A program made the translations under genes and the position numbers. This document shows, piece by piece, positions 36,378 to 45,582 of a stretch of 64,000 nt of DNA. This stretch comes from Escherichia phage Gostya9: sequence record NC_047979.1; one strand, 5' to 3'. A model generated the notes under the pieces. The model saw nothing but the letters and a program-made list of their open reading frames with translations. It searched no databases and was not told the origin of the DNA. Positions within the stretch are counted from its first letter, which is position 1. Every line of letters starts with the position of its first letter.

Positions 36378-36575
36378 CTATGCTAAGTTCTCTATATTAA
36401 CAAGTTTATTTACAAAGGCTTTAAGTTCTTCAGCGAAGTTACCGCGACCACCCAAACCGTTACCGATCCAGGAACCAATTAAACCACCGATCGCACCACC
36501 GATACCAGCCGCACCAGCTTCACCGCCGAAACCGTCGCCACCGAGATTAGTAGGTAAAAGAGTCGTGTCAGACAT
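36378..36575 (-). CDS. Small glycine-rich protein (about 65 aa)
   Basis: ATG at 36575 with a ggag RBS 8 nt upstream: MSDTTLLPTNLGGDGFGGEAGAAGIGGAIGGLIGSWIGNGLGGRGNFAEELKAFVNKLVNIENLA. The track ORF extends upstream to 36698 without an RBS. Confidence 0.45.
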   Translation of the reverse strand: MSDTTLLPTNLGGDGFGGEAGAAGIGGAIGGLIGSWIGNGLGGRGNFAEELKAFVNKLVNIENLA

Positions 36576-36796
36576 AGGAAAATCTCCATATATGGATTTG
36601 TTAAGCGGATGTAACCAACTGGTTACGCTGGTAAGTATACTCGTTAACATATTATTTACCATGATATGCGTGTAAATAAATTGTAAATAGTTTGGCATTG
36701 GTACTCTTATAATGCAATGGACGTCACGACTTGAACAAAATGAGGAAGCTATGTTTAAACGCGGTGCGGTCGCAGGTAAGGTGAGAAAGTAACAAC

Positions 36797-36820
36797 TAAA
36801 AAAGGAGCCAAACGGCTCCT
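36797..36820 (-). terminator. Rho-independent terminator after the tail-fibre gene
   Basis: On the minus strand: aaggagcc-gttt-ggctcctt followed by ttttttag. Confidence 0.6.
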
Positions 36821-36832
36821 TAATTATTGTGG

Positions 36833-39502
36833 TTATGGCAGATCGTTGTTAACCACATTGCCCTTCAACGCAGCTATCTCCGCTTTCAAACTATCAATTT
36901 CTGCTTTGAGCGCTTGAGTGGCACCCATCAAGTCCATAATAATAGGGTTAGTATCAATTGAAGGTCTGTCTCGGGTCTTCTGTGAAACAATTTTCTTCTC
37001 GACTTCACGACGAATAAATTTATGTTCAATGCGTTGTTCTTTGATTTGTTCTGTAATACCAGTCTCGGGGTCGGTATGATCTACAGTAACCTCTACAGGT
37101 ACATCCTCATATATATCCTTATAAACATCCTCGTATACATCCTCATAAATCTCTTCATTGTGCTTCACATATTGTGGGGTGACTTTCTCCGATTCTTCTG
37201 CAATAATACCAAATCTTATTCTTTCTTGTTCATCGTCCTTATAAATAAAAGTGACCATGCGTTGTGCCATGATGCGGTTTAAAGCATCAATAGGATTACC
37301 GTCATTGATCTCCTTTTTATATGCTAAGCCCGATGTTCCTTGCAGTGCAAGGGTTCCGGCAGCACTCGGAAGTCTAATCCAATGCTCAGGCGAACCTGCT
37401 ACGGTATATGTTTGAAATCCATAGCTCCCTACAGTTTCGCTAAACCCCACACGGTTTCGAATAACTCCATTTGCTGCTAAGTTACAAACATAAGACGCTG
37501 CACCATTGGATTTAAACGTTGCAGCGTCGGTTCCTGCGTCCCCGCCACCCGCTGTAATTCGCCCGGTAATATTGGTAGAGAACGCAATTGCAATCCCAGT
37601 ACCCGCACCCCCAATGGCTAACGGAGTAGAATGATACGAGCCATCCTCATTGTAGTAGTAGAATGCGTAGCCCCCGCTGATAGCAAGCCCTGATCGCCAT
37701 CTTACAGTAGATGGACTGGAAGGTCCGGTATAAGCTGTGTAAGCCGAACCCGGTCCCGTCGCTCTAATTAATACGCTGTCTTGACTATAACCCCCAGTTG
37801 TCCTGAGCTGACCAACTTCCCCAAATGAACTAGTCTTGTGAGCTGGTAGCGTGACTGTTTTAGCTGAAGCGCTGTAGTTAAAGACAACATTAGTGTTACC
37901 AGTATCGTTCTCCTGGAGTCGTATGTTACCGCCATCCATAACCATAACATAGCCAGTTACATCATCTGGGGCGCCAACTTCTTCAAATTTAATTGCTGGG
38001 TTAACACTCTTGATTAAAAGAGGATTACCAGCGTTCGCCCCAAATTCTGCATTAAGGTTAAACTTCTGCTTTTTGGTAAAAGTATTTTCAGCATCAAGTT
38101 TAGCTAGGCTGGAGGGGTCCAGTGAATCCGCATACCCTTTCGCGCGGTTAGCTTCCTCTGTTGCTAGGGTGGCTTTCTGCCCTGCGGTTGCAGCGCTGCC
38201 TGCGGCTGCTGTAGCTTGTTCCACCGCTTCGGTTGCACTAGCACCAGCTTGAGCTGCAGAAGCTGCGGCAGCGTCTTTTAGCGGGGTTATTGTATTAATT
38301 GCTTCCGTCTTAGCGGTGTTGACCGCAGCAACACCCGATGTTTTAACTGTATTAACTTCTTCGACTGCGTCGGCTTTAGCTATTGCGACTTCAGTCAACG
38401 CGGAGTCTTTAATTGCTTGAGTATCTGTTTTTAACTGAGTAACGTCAGCTTTAAGCTGGGTAACTGTAGTTACAGCAGCACTAGCTGTGCTAGCAGATCC
38501 CGCCGCGTCAGCTTGTGCTTGGCTAGCAGCGTCTTCACTAGCTTTTGCGTTAGTTTCTGAAGTTTTTGCAGCAGTTTCTGAGTTTTTTGCTGATTCAGCA
38601 TCAGCAGCAGCTTGTGTAGCGAATATTTCTGCCTCATCCCTAAATCCTTTAGAGTCAGAAGCAGCACTAGCACTATTAGCAGCATTAATCTCAGAAGTTT
38701 TAGCCGCAGAAGCAGATGCAGCAGCATTAGTTTCTGAGATGTTTGCTGCGGAGGCCGCGGCAGCTGCAGTAGTTTCGCTAGCGTTTGCATTAGTTTCTGA
38801 AGTTTTAGCTGCCAGTTCACTAGCCTTTGCATTGGTTTCTGAAGTTTTAGCTGCGGTTTCACTATTAGCAGCCGCAGTAGCAGAAGAAGCAGACTGAGTT
38901 GCAGATTGCTGAGAAGATGCTGCAGAGATTTCCGCTTCATTTTCAGAGTCCTTAGCATTTAGCTCTGACTGCTTAGCATTAGTTTCTGATGTTTTAGCTG
39001 CTGAAGCAGAAGCAGCCGCAGCAGTTTTACTACTATTAGCGTTGGTCTCAGAAGTTCTAGCTGCGGTTTCACTAGCTTTTGCGTTAGTTTCTGAAGTTTT
39101 AGCTGCGGTTTCACTAGCTTTTGCGTTAGTTTCTGAAGTTTTAGCTGCGATTTCACTAGCTTTTGCATTAGTTTCTGAAGTTTTAGCAGCGGTTTTACTA
39201 TTGGCAGAAGCAGTAGCAGAAGAAGCAGACTGAGCTGCGGATTGCTGAGAAGATGCCGCAGAAATTTCTGCGGCATCTTCCGAATCTTTAGCATTTAGCT
39301 CTGACTGTTTTGCATTAATTTCAGATTGCTTAGCTGCTGCAGCAGATGCTCTAGAAGACCCTATTGCAGAGGTTAGCTCTCCTGCAGTAATAGAGCTAAT
39401 TGTGTTTCCCAGAACTACGGTATACTTAGGGTATTTACTTGCAGTTATACTATTCTGGTCCATAGTGACCATTTGTTGTAGAATTATTTTAGTTATAGCC
39501 AT
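36833..39502 (-). CDS. Tail fibre protein with repeat-rich shaft and C-terminal intramolecular-chaperone-like domain
   Basis: N-terminal third made of 14-aa repeats (AAKTSETNAKASE-like); beta-rich Gly/Ser/Thr middle; C-terminal about 150 aa resembles the self-cleaving chaperone domain of phage fibres; final coiled coil ALKAEIDSLKAEIAALK. Confidence 0.75.
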   Translation of the reverse strand: MAITKIILQQMVTMDQNSITASKYPKYTVVLGNTISSITAGELTSAIGSSRASAAAAKQSEINAKQSELNAKDSEDAAEISAASSQQSAAQSASSATASANSKTAAKTSETNAKASEIAAKTSETNAKASETAAKTSETNAKASETAARTSETNANSSKTAAAASASAAKTSETNAKQSELNAKDSENEAEISAASSQQSATQSASSATAAANSETAAKTSETNAKASELAAKTSETNANASETTAAAAASAANISETNAAASASAAKTSEINAANSASAASDSKGFRDEAEIFATQAAADAESAKNSETAAKTSETNAKASEDAASQAQADAAGSASTASAAVTTVTQLKADVTQLKTDTQAIKDSALTEVAIAKADAVEEVNTVKTSGVAAVNTAKTEAINTITPLKDAAAASAAQAGASATEAVEQATAAAGSAATAGQKATLATEEANRAKGYADSLDPSSLAKLDAENTFTKKQKFNLNAEFGANAGNPLLIKSVNPAIKFEEVGAPDDVTGYVMVMDGGNIRLQENDTGNTNVVFNYSASAKTVTLPAHKTSSFGEVGQLRTTGGYSQDSVLIRATGPGSAYTAYTGPSSPSTVRWRSGLAISGGYAFYYYNEDGSYHSTPLAIGGAGTGIAIAFSTNITGRITAGGGDAGTDAATFKSNGAASYVCNLAANGVIRNRVGFSETVGSYGFQTYTVAGSPEHWIRLPSAAGTLALQGTSGLAYKKEINDGNPIDALNRIMAQRMVTFIYKDDEQERIRFGIIAEESEKVTPQYVKHNEEIYEDVYEDVYKDIYEDVPVEVTVDHTDPETGITEQIKEQRIEHKFIRREVEKKIVSQKTRDRPSIDTNPIIMDLMGATQALKAEIDSLKAEIAALKGNVVNNDLP
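39059..39184 (-). repeat. Three tandem 42-nt repeats inside the tail-fibre gene
   Basis: Plus-strand unit agctgcggtttcactagcttttgcgttagtttctgaagtttt repeated 3 times with 1-3 substitutions; a larger degenerate duplication spans about 38470-39350. Confidence 0.85.
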
Positions 39503-39924
39503 TATTGAGTCACCCCATCGCTAATATAAATTTTGCCTTCCATAATACGGAAAGAACTAGCAGCATTACCAACAGCTGTTCTAGTAATAATTACATCATA
39601 GTACCCAGCTAATCTCTGTCTGGGGTTATATCTATCTCTTTCTTTGGATGCTTTGGAAGCAATAGTAGCTACAGCACTAACAGGTAGACTTATAGAGGCT
39701 ACCCCCTGTGCAGCATCAACAATAGATGTAGTAAAAGATGCTAAAGTTTCAGCCCCATCTTCAAAGCTACTTTTAATACTTCCTCTAAGAGAAAAGCCAG
39801 TAAGGTCTACTGGTGTAGATGTAGGGGGATAAACACTATCATCTACATCCATAAATTGCATAAGTAAACCATAAGGTACGTTCTCATCTACTACTAAATC
39901 AATAACTCTATTTTCTGTACTCAT
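39502..39924 (-). CDS. Small tail/collar-associated structural protein (140 aa)
   Basis: Position between the baseplate-protein gene and the tail-fibre gene; stop overlaps the fibre start. Confidence 0.5.
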   Translation of the reverse strand: MSTENRVIDLVVDENVPYGLLMQFMDVDDSVYPPTSTPVDLTGFSLRGSIKSSFEDGAETLASFTTSIVDAAQGVASISLPVSAVATIASKASKERDRYNPRQRLAGYYDVIITRTAVGNAASSFRIMEGKIYISDGVTQ

Positions 39925-39928
39925 TATT

Positions 39929-42013
39929 TTACCTTATATGGATATACCCGTTTTGCAGGTCTATCTTCATTTTGTAAGATCCCTCTGGGTTAGAGGATAG
40001 TGCTGCTGCACGATCATATATAATATTTACACCTATTTGTGATAAGAAAGCATTATTAGCAACAATTTTACTAGCAGTTACCGTACCATTAACTATCATA
40101 TCACCATGTAAAACCATTGCAGGGCTAGCCCATGCTGAACCATTCCACTGCCTAGTAAACGCTGTTCCAGGTGCATCACTTTTATACTCAGTCAATACAT
40201 CATACTTAACAGGGCCACTACCGAAGTTAGATGTAAAAAACGAATTGGCTTGAGAATCATTCCATGCCGTTAAATTAGTAATAGCAACGGAGTACATACC
40301 GGGACCACGTTGTCCATTAGCACCTGGACTACCATTGGCCCCTGGCCTACCATCAACCCCTTCTGTACCACTCCATTGAACTACATCTGACCAACTGGTT
40401 CCAGATACTAACTGATTAGTAACAGGGTCTAAAGTACCAGTAGAACAATAAATATTCTGAGTATTAGATGTTCTATTCGGTGGAGTTTTAGACCAACCTG
40501 AAGGTGGGTATGCAGGACTTGTTGGTTTAGCAGGCAATGAAGTACCTAGAATATAGATAAATACTGTCTGCTTACCTTGTATACCTGTTGCTATATCGAT
40601 GTCACCGTTAGGTGTACCAATTACAACCCCACTAGAGATTCTTAACGTATCCCCATCATAACGAATGTACTGTGTAGCATTACCAATGTCCAGTTTTGGT
40701 TTAGCAGTAGCGTTATCCATGCCCATCCAAATGCCGGATTTTGTGTCTCCCCAAGTTTTGCCTTGAGTATAGATTGCTGGGTTGTCTTGACCAGTTAAGT
40801 TAGTCATTACAAAGTTCGCAGCATTAATGGTTTTAGTTATTACACTTCCATCAACGTTAACTATCTTTTTAATAGGGTCAAAAGATATTGGTGCTTTTCC
40901 TTCTGCATCTAGAAGACCTATATTAATAGCACCGGTGGCAGCATCTATTAAGAAGGTTTGTTTCCAGGTCGATCCATCTTTAATTTTACCCTTAATGTGC
41001 GCGTAATTTACTTCGATACCAGTTTCATTAACAAAACTATTATCTAGTGGAGTACTCTCATTTAATATAAATGTCTGTACTGCGGAATCAGTAACATCTT
41101 GGGCATCTGGTCCCCAGGCAATAGATGACACTTTAAATTTATGTTCTACTTTCCACGGGAATGAGATAATTGTTGCAGCTTGAGCAGCACCAACGTTAAT
41201 CTTTTGAGCTTTAGTCCAACCACTACGTGCGAACTCTGCTGAGTCTATATAAGAAACAACAAACTCTCTAACGTTAGCACCAGCACCACGTTCCCAGTCC
41301 CATTCTACTCTAACATCATATCGTTCCTTACCATCTGCAATTCGTGCAGCTTTAAACACGATATTAACAGGAGCTGTAGGAGGCACAAAGTTATATTTAA
41401 CTTCAAAGACGGTAGGATACTCAAAATACCCTGAGGAATCAACTGTTACCCCGTCAGGTAGGGTTACTTGTCCTGAGATCCTTACTTTATAGAATCCAAT
41501 AGGTACTCCACCAAACATAATAGTTGGCATCAAAGCACCCACGTAATATTTAATCCAAGGACTATCTGCACTAGAATTATCTTTTAACTCTATAGTACAA
41601 TAATCGGCCTCCCCGGTAGTATCTATATAAACTATTGGAGAACCAACACCAACGTCCACCGGTTCTGACTCGCATCGAGCACCCGTGATTCTAGGTGCTG
41701 ATTTCATTCTAAAAGTTTGTTTGTCAGATAAATTAATACCTATCTGAGCATTAAGTAGTTCAGAGTCTATTATAGAATCATAAAATGCACCCTGAACTTC
41801 ATAAGTTGTCGTAGGTTTTAAGTTATTAATAGTTACAGAGAATGTATCAACACCAGTAAAATCCCTACGAGTGATGTTGTTACCTTCTTTAAGCCAGAAG
41901 GATCTACCAATAACGTCGTAATCCGAGTAAATGGAGTGCTGGATATACGCTAAGGTATATCCAGTCAGTACGCTATTTAAGACCATCTTGGCTGGTGCAT
42001 TATTTGAAATCAT
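39929..42013 (-). CDS. Baseplate/tail-tip structural protein (pb4-like position)
   Basis: 694 aa from ATG 42013 (TAATG overlap with the upstream stop, ggag RBS); beta-rich; position downstream of the pb3-like gene. Confidence 0.6.
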   Translation of the reverse strand: MISNNAPAKMVLNSVLTGYTLAYIQHSIYSDYDVIGRSFWLKEGNNITRRDFTGVDTFSVTINNLKPTTTYEVQGAFYDSIIDSELLNAQIGINLSDKQTFRMKSAPRITGARCESEPVDVGVGSPIVYIDTTGEADYCTIELKDNSSADSPWIKYYVGALMPTIMFGGVPIGFYKVRISGQVTLPDGVTVDSSGYFEYPTVFEVKYNFVPPTAPVNIVFKAARIADGKERYDVRVEWDWERGAGANVREFVVSYIDSAEFARSGWTKAQKINVGAAQAATIISFPWKVEHKFKVSSIAWGPDAQDVTDSAVQTFILNESTPLDNSFVNETGIEVNYAHIKGKIKDGSTWKQTFLIDAATGAINIGLLDAEGKAPISFDPIKKIVNVDGSVITKTINAANFVMTNLTGQDNPAIYTQGKTWGDTKSGIWMGMDNATAKPKLDIGNATQYIRYDGDTLRISSGVVIGTPNGDIDIATGIQGKQTVFIYILGTSLPAKPTSPAYPPSGWSKTPPNRTSNTQNIYCSTGTLDPVTNQLVSGTSWSDVVQWSGTEGVDGRPGANGSPGANGQRGPGMYSVAITNLTAWNDSQANSFFTSNFGSGPVKYDVLTEYKSDAPGTAFTRQWNGSAWASPAMVLHGDMIVNGTVTASKIVANNAFLSQIGVNIIYDRAAALSSNPEGSYKMKIDLQNGYIHIR

Positions 42014-44862
42014 TAAATGGATGCCCACTCCACAGACTGTTCTCCATCATCTCCTTCAGCTCTAATACGAAAATACAATTTTCTATTTATACCTAGAGCA
42101 CCGCTGTTCTGGAGAGCAAAGTCTGCCTTATTATATATTAATAAATAGTCATAAGTATACTGATTTTCAATACGTACACTTCTTAACATCCTATTTTGCG
42201 AATCGTGTATTTCAAGTGTATAAAATATACTATCTATTATATCTTCTTCAGGTATTCTATCCCAAGCTAGTTTCACATCTGGGCCAACAAACTCAGTTAC
42301 ATCTCCAGAAGCAGTATTAGTTACCCTAAAATTAGATACTACACTAAGGTTTTTAGCAGAATTAAGTTCTATAGACAGAGTCACCGGGGAACTTCTTCTA
42401 CCATTAATATCTACTGCCCTTATCTCAAATATAGCCAGACCTGCTGGTTCCCCAATTATCTCTTGGATCATACGTTCGTTAGGATTATTCTCTAACTGTT
42501 GTACTATGTAAGGTTCAGCATGACCGGAATGCACGATAGAGTAATAAACTACGTTATTAGTTAAGCTTGGAAGCCAGGATAATTCACCATTTTTTCCTAT
42601 AGAACCAACTAAACCACCAGGTGTAGGAGTATACTTAAAATCTCTAGGTGGAAGGACATTGTTACTAATATCTGGTATATCATTACCACTATTATCTACT
42701 TGATCAGAGTTGATGAATACATCTTCTCCATACTCCTGTAGAGTAACATTTATCTTACCTTCTCTAGAGTTTTCCACTTCGTCTACTAGGAAGTACTTCC
42801 TATCCCACCCATAACGGCCATATGTGAATGCAATAGCATCGTTAGGTTCAATACCAATGAATTGATACGGCAATGAGAAAGAAAGTGTTCTTGAGTATCT
42901 GGATTTCTTAAGTTCTCTATCAGCAAAACTTCTTGCAGTATAGTAATTAGTAATATTAGCAAAAGATAGTTGTAATTTTTTATCTAGGTTCTTGTCCTGT
43001 TCCTTATACTGGGAGTTATAGAATGTAATGGAATTAGTTTTCCAGCTAAGGGCTGGATCTACGATAGATGCTTGAACTGAGTTGAATTTATTTCTACCAG
43101 TAGTATCTGATAGCTCCAAATCACCGTAAGTATCTAGAAAATTAATCTCTAACGGAGTATTAGAGTATTTTTCTACAGTAACCCTGTACTGGCCAGATAA
43201 GTTGTTAATAGCCCCACCAAAGGATTCTAATATACCTTGAACGTTTTTAAATACTGATTCAGAAGTGTCTAGTATGGTGTTTAGTTGAACTATTTGACGA
43301 TGCTCGGAGTAAGAATCTTCCCAACCAACGTAGCGCCAGTAGGGTTGCCAGCCAACTTGGTAAGATTCATCAATTATATCTAGAATCTTAGCTTCGGCGA
43401 TTACCTGCTGCAGCGGGAACTGATCAATGGTGATATTAGCCCCGTAACGTTCGGAAGTCAAATAATCCATTAACTGCCAGATACCGTTTAAGCTAGTTTT
43501 GTTGGCCACTACAGAACCGTCAGAATGGTAGACTTTTACTTTTTTACCTTGAATTTCAGCACTAACTTCAGGAATATCAGTTCTGTTTTCATTAATAGTA
43601 AAACGCACTACGGCATAAGCGGTATCTAGTAGCTTATATCTGGCGTCCCAGTACTCCGGTCCATTGCCATTCATATTCTGAAGGTAGAACCCACGTTCTC
43701 TAGCTATATCTACTAGTACTTCAGAAGCCGTTTGATTAGACTTTCCGTGGTAAGTCCAAATCCTTATATCACCATTTCCATCATTATACCTATACTCTTG
43801 ACCATGAACGGATGGACTACTAGAGGAAATTCCAGATGCTATCCTCTGCATGGTATCTCCTACTATTTTTTTAGTACCGAAGCAGGTTCTAGCGGAGCTA
43901 TCATTATCGTCTACACAAATCATAGGGTTATCACCAAAGGAGAAATCAAGAAAACCATCAATCTCTCCCTCAGCAAAGGCGTATACGACATAAACTATGT
44001 TGGGATTGTGTAGTTCTGTATCAGCAAAAATAGGTATCCCCGGTATTTTCTGTACACCATAAACTACTGGTATATATTTAGCAGCAAGGTTAAAATCTAT
44101 ATCTACTTCCTTAGTAACAGTTTCATAGTATTTTTTAAGGCTGTAGCTTCTAGATAAACCAAATAATTTTTTCTTTGATTTTAGCTTGTATCTTTCTTCC
44201 TGTACTTGGTACTTTGCCAGTATAGATATACTTTTATTAGCATGAAAGAACCCATAGTCTTCTTGGTACTCAGGTCTTTTAGCACCGTTAGATGGTACTA
44301 GCTGTCCAGCTACAACTTCAAGCCCCCTATGAGAAGCATCATCAGTATATCTGCCATTAACCCTATCAAAGTCATAGAATTGGTTAGAACAATTCCAGGT
44401 AATTGTAGAAGTTCCTACTCCAGAGGTACTAATGTTATCTTTAATGCCTCCTCCAGTAATCCTTCCCCTAAAGTACAGTAAAGGACCATTTGTATCTGGG
44501 TCTACTGGCAGAATAGAACCATCTTCAGTAATAATTGCTTGATGAATTGATACGGTTCTATCTAAGAAGGACACGCCATTTTGTACTAGTTTTAGCACTT
44601 CATCCTGTGCTGTGCCAGTAATGGTAAAAGATAGACTTCCAATAGATAAATCTCTGTTTTGTTTGTGTGGGCTAATAGACTTAACTTTACCCGCTTGGTA
44701 TAGGATGCCATTATATATTACATCTCTAAAATAATCAGTTAAATAAATAAAAGCAGTACTAGTACCAGTAGAGCCAGGTAACTCTAGAGAAATTAGACTA
44801 GCAGTTTTTATTCTGCTATTATTTTTTAAGTAGTTTCTAGCACTATCTAGTATTTTTTTCAT
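42013..44862 (-). CDS. Baseplate hub / tail-tip protein (pb3-like)
   Basis: 949-aa structural protein between the Dit-like and pb4-like genes; size and position match the T5 baseplate hub as I recall it. Confidence 0.65.
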   Translation of the reverse strand: MKKILDSARNYLKNNSRIKTASLISLELPGSTGTSTAFIYLTDYFRDVIYNGILYQAGKVKSISPHKQNRDLSIGSLSFTITGTAQDEVLKLVQNGVSFLDRTVSIHQAIITEDGSILPVDPDTNGPLLYFRGRITGGGIKDNISTSGVGTSTITWNCSNQFYDFDRVNGRYTDDASHRGLEVVAGQLVPSNGAKRPEYQEDYGFFHANKSISILAKYQVQEERYKLKSKKKLFGLSRSYSLKKYYETVTKEVDIDFNLAAKYIPVVYGVQKIPGIPIFADTELHNPNIVYVVYAFAEGEIDGFLDFSFGDNPMICVDDNDSSARTCFGTKKIVGDTMQRIASGISSSSPSVHGQEYRYNDGNGDIRIWTYHGKSNQTASEVLVDIARERGFYLQNMNGNGPEYWDARYKLLDTAYAVVRFTINENRTDIPEVSAEIQGKKVKVYHSDGSVVANKTSLNGIWQLMDYLTSERYGANITIDQFPLQQVIAEAKILDIIDESYQVGWQPYWRYVGWEDSYSEHRQIVQLNTILDTSESVFKNVQGILESFGGAINNLSGQYRVTVEKYSNTPLEINFLDTYGDLELSDTTGRNKFNSVQASIVDPALSWKTNSITFYNSQYKEQDKNLDKKLQLSFANITNYYTARSFADRELKKSRYSRTLSFSLPYQFIGIEPNDAIAFTYGRYGWDRKYFLVDEVENSREGKINVTLQEYGEDVFINSDQVDNSGNDIPDISNNVLPPRDFKYTPTPGGLVGSIGKNGELSWLPSLTNNVVYYSIVHSGHAEPYIVQQLENNPNERMIQEIIGEPAGLAIFEIRAVDINGRRSSPVTLSIELNSAKNLSVVSNFRVTNTASGDVTEFVGPDVKLAWDRIPEEDIIDSIFYTLEIHDSQNRMLRSVRIENQYTYDYLLIYNKADFALQNSGALGINRKLYFRIRAEGDDGEQSVEWASI

Positions 44863-45473
44863 AAACTTTCCCGTAAATTTAATGAGATGCCGGAATATGT
44901 TCCGTTATTATTTAATGTAGATCCGAAAGCATCACCATTCATGAGTTTTGTTCTAAACAGTATCCCATTAAATACTGGTTTTTCAGCTCCAGTGGTGGTT
45001 ATAAATAGGTCAGGGTATACGTTAATAGACCATGAATTGCCAGATCTATTAAATGATGTTATTTTATAAACTTTTGGGTGATTGGATAATTTAAATAAAT
45101 CACCTGGTTTAGGGATACCAGTAAGAACACCTCCTGTATTCATAGTAATATTGGAACCTCTTTGTCCTGCTGGTATATTTACTAAGTTAGTATTGCCCCT
45201 AACCCTAAAAGCTTCATACTGAGGTAATATAACATCTATATAGCCACCGGTCCTTTTGTACTCTAGAATAAAAGCATCTAGAACACTATATTCATCTGGA
45301 AATAATTCTGGATAAGAAATATTTATACCCCAGTATTGAGCAGATACCTTAACTTCGTTAACTTTACCATTTGGTAACTCATCACGAATTACTGGGTCAT
45401 TATCAATCAGGTTAACACTTTCGAATCCTAAGCCTGAAAGTTCTGGATTCGTGTATGGGTCTGGTAATCTCAT
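44859..45473 (-). CDS. Distal tail protein (Dit, pb9-like)
   Basis: 204-aa ORF immediately downstream of the tape-measure gene, the canonical Dit position. Confidence 0.65.
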   Translation of the reverse strand: MRLPDPYTNPELSGLGFESVNLIDNDPVIRDELPNGKVNEVKVSAQYWGINISYPELFPDEYSVLDAFILEYKRTGGYIDVILPQYEAFRVRGNTNLVNIPAGQRGSNITMNTGGVLTGIPKPGDLFKLSNHPKVYKITSFNRSGNSWSINVYPDLFITTTGAEKPVFNGILFRTKLMNGDAFGSTLNNNGTYSGISLNLRESL

Positions 45474-45551
45474 AGTTAATTTCTCCTCTTTAATAACAAT
45501 ATTATAATAGTATTAGAAAATTTTATCAAGAAATTTTTATTTTTCCATAAA

Positions 45552-45577
45552 GAAAAGGAGGACTCAAAGTCCTCCTC
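45552..45577 (-). terminator. Hairpin between the tape-measure and Dit genes
   Basis: aggaggact-caa-agtcctcct stem-loop with flanking A/T runs. Confidence 0.4.
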
Positions 45578-45582
45578 CAGTT

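Noticed and set aside
38010-39294. Multiple alternative-frame ORFs (38010-38252, 38487-38897, 39042-39233, 38470-38958, 38959-39294) across the tail-fibre repeat region
   Set aside because: Their products are low-complexity poly-Leu/Ala/Gln strings generated by reading the 42-nt repeats in other frames; artefacts of the repeat.
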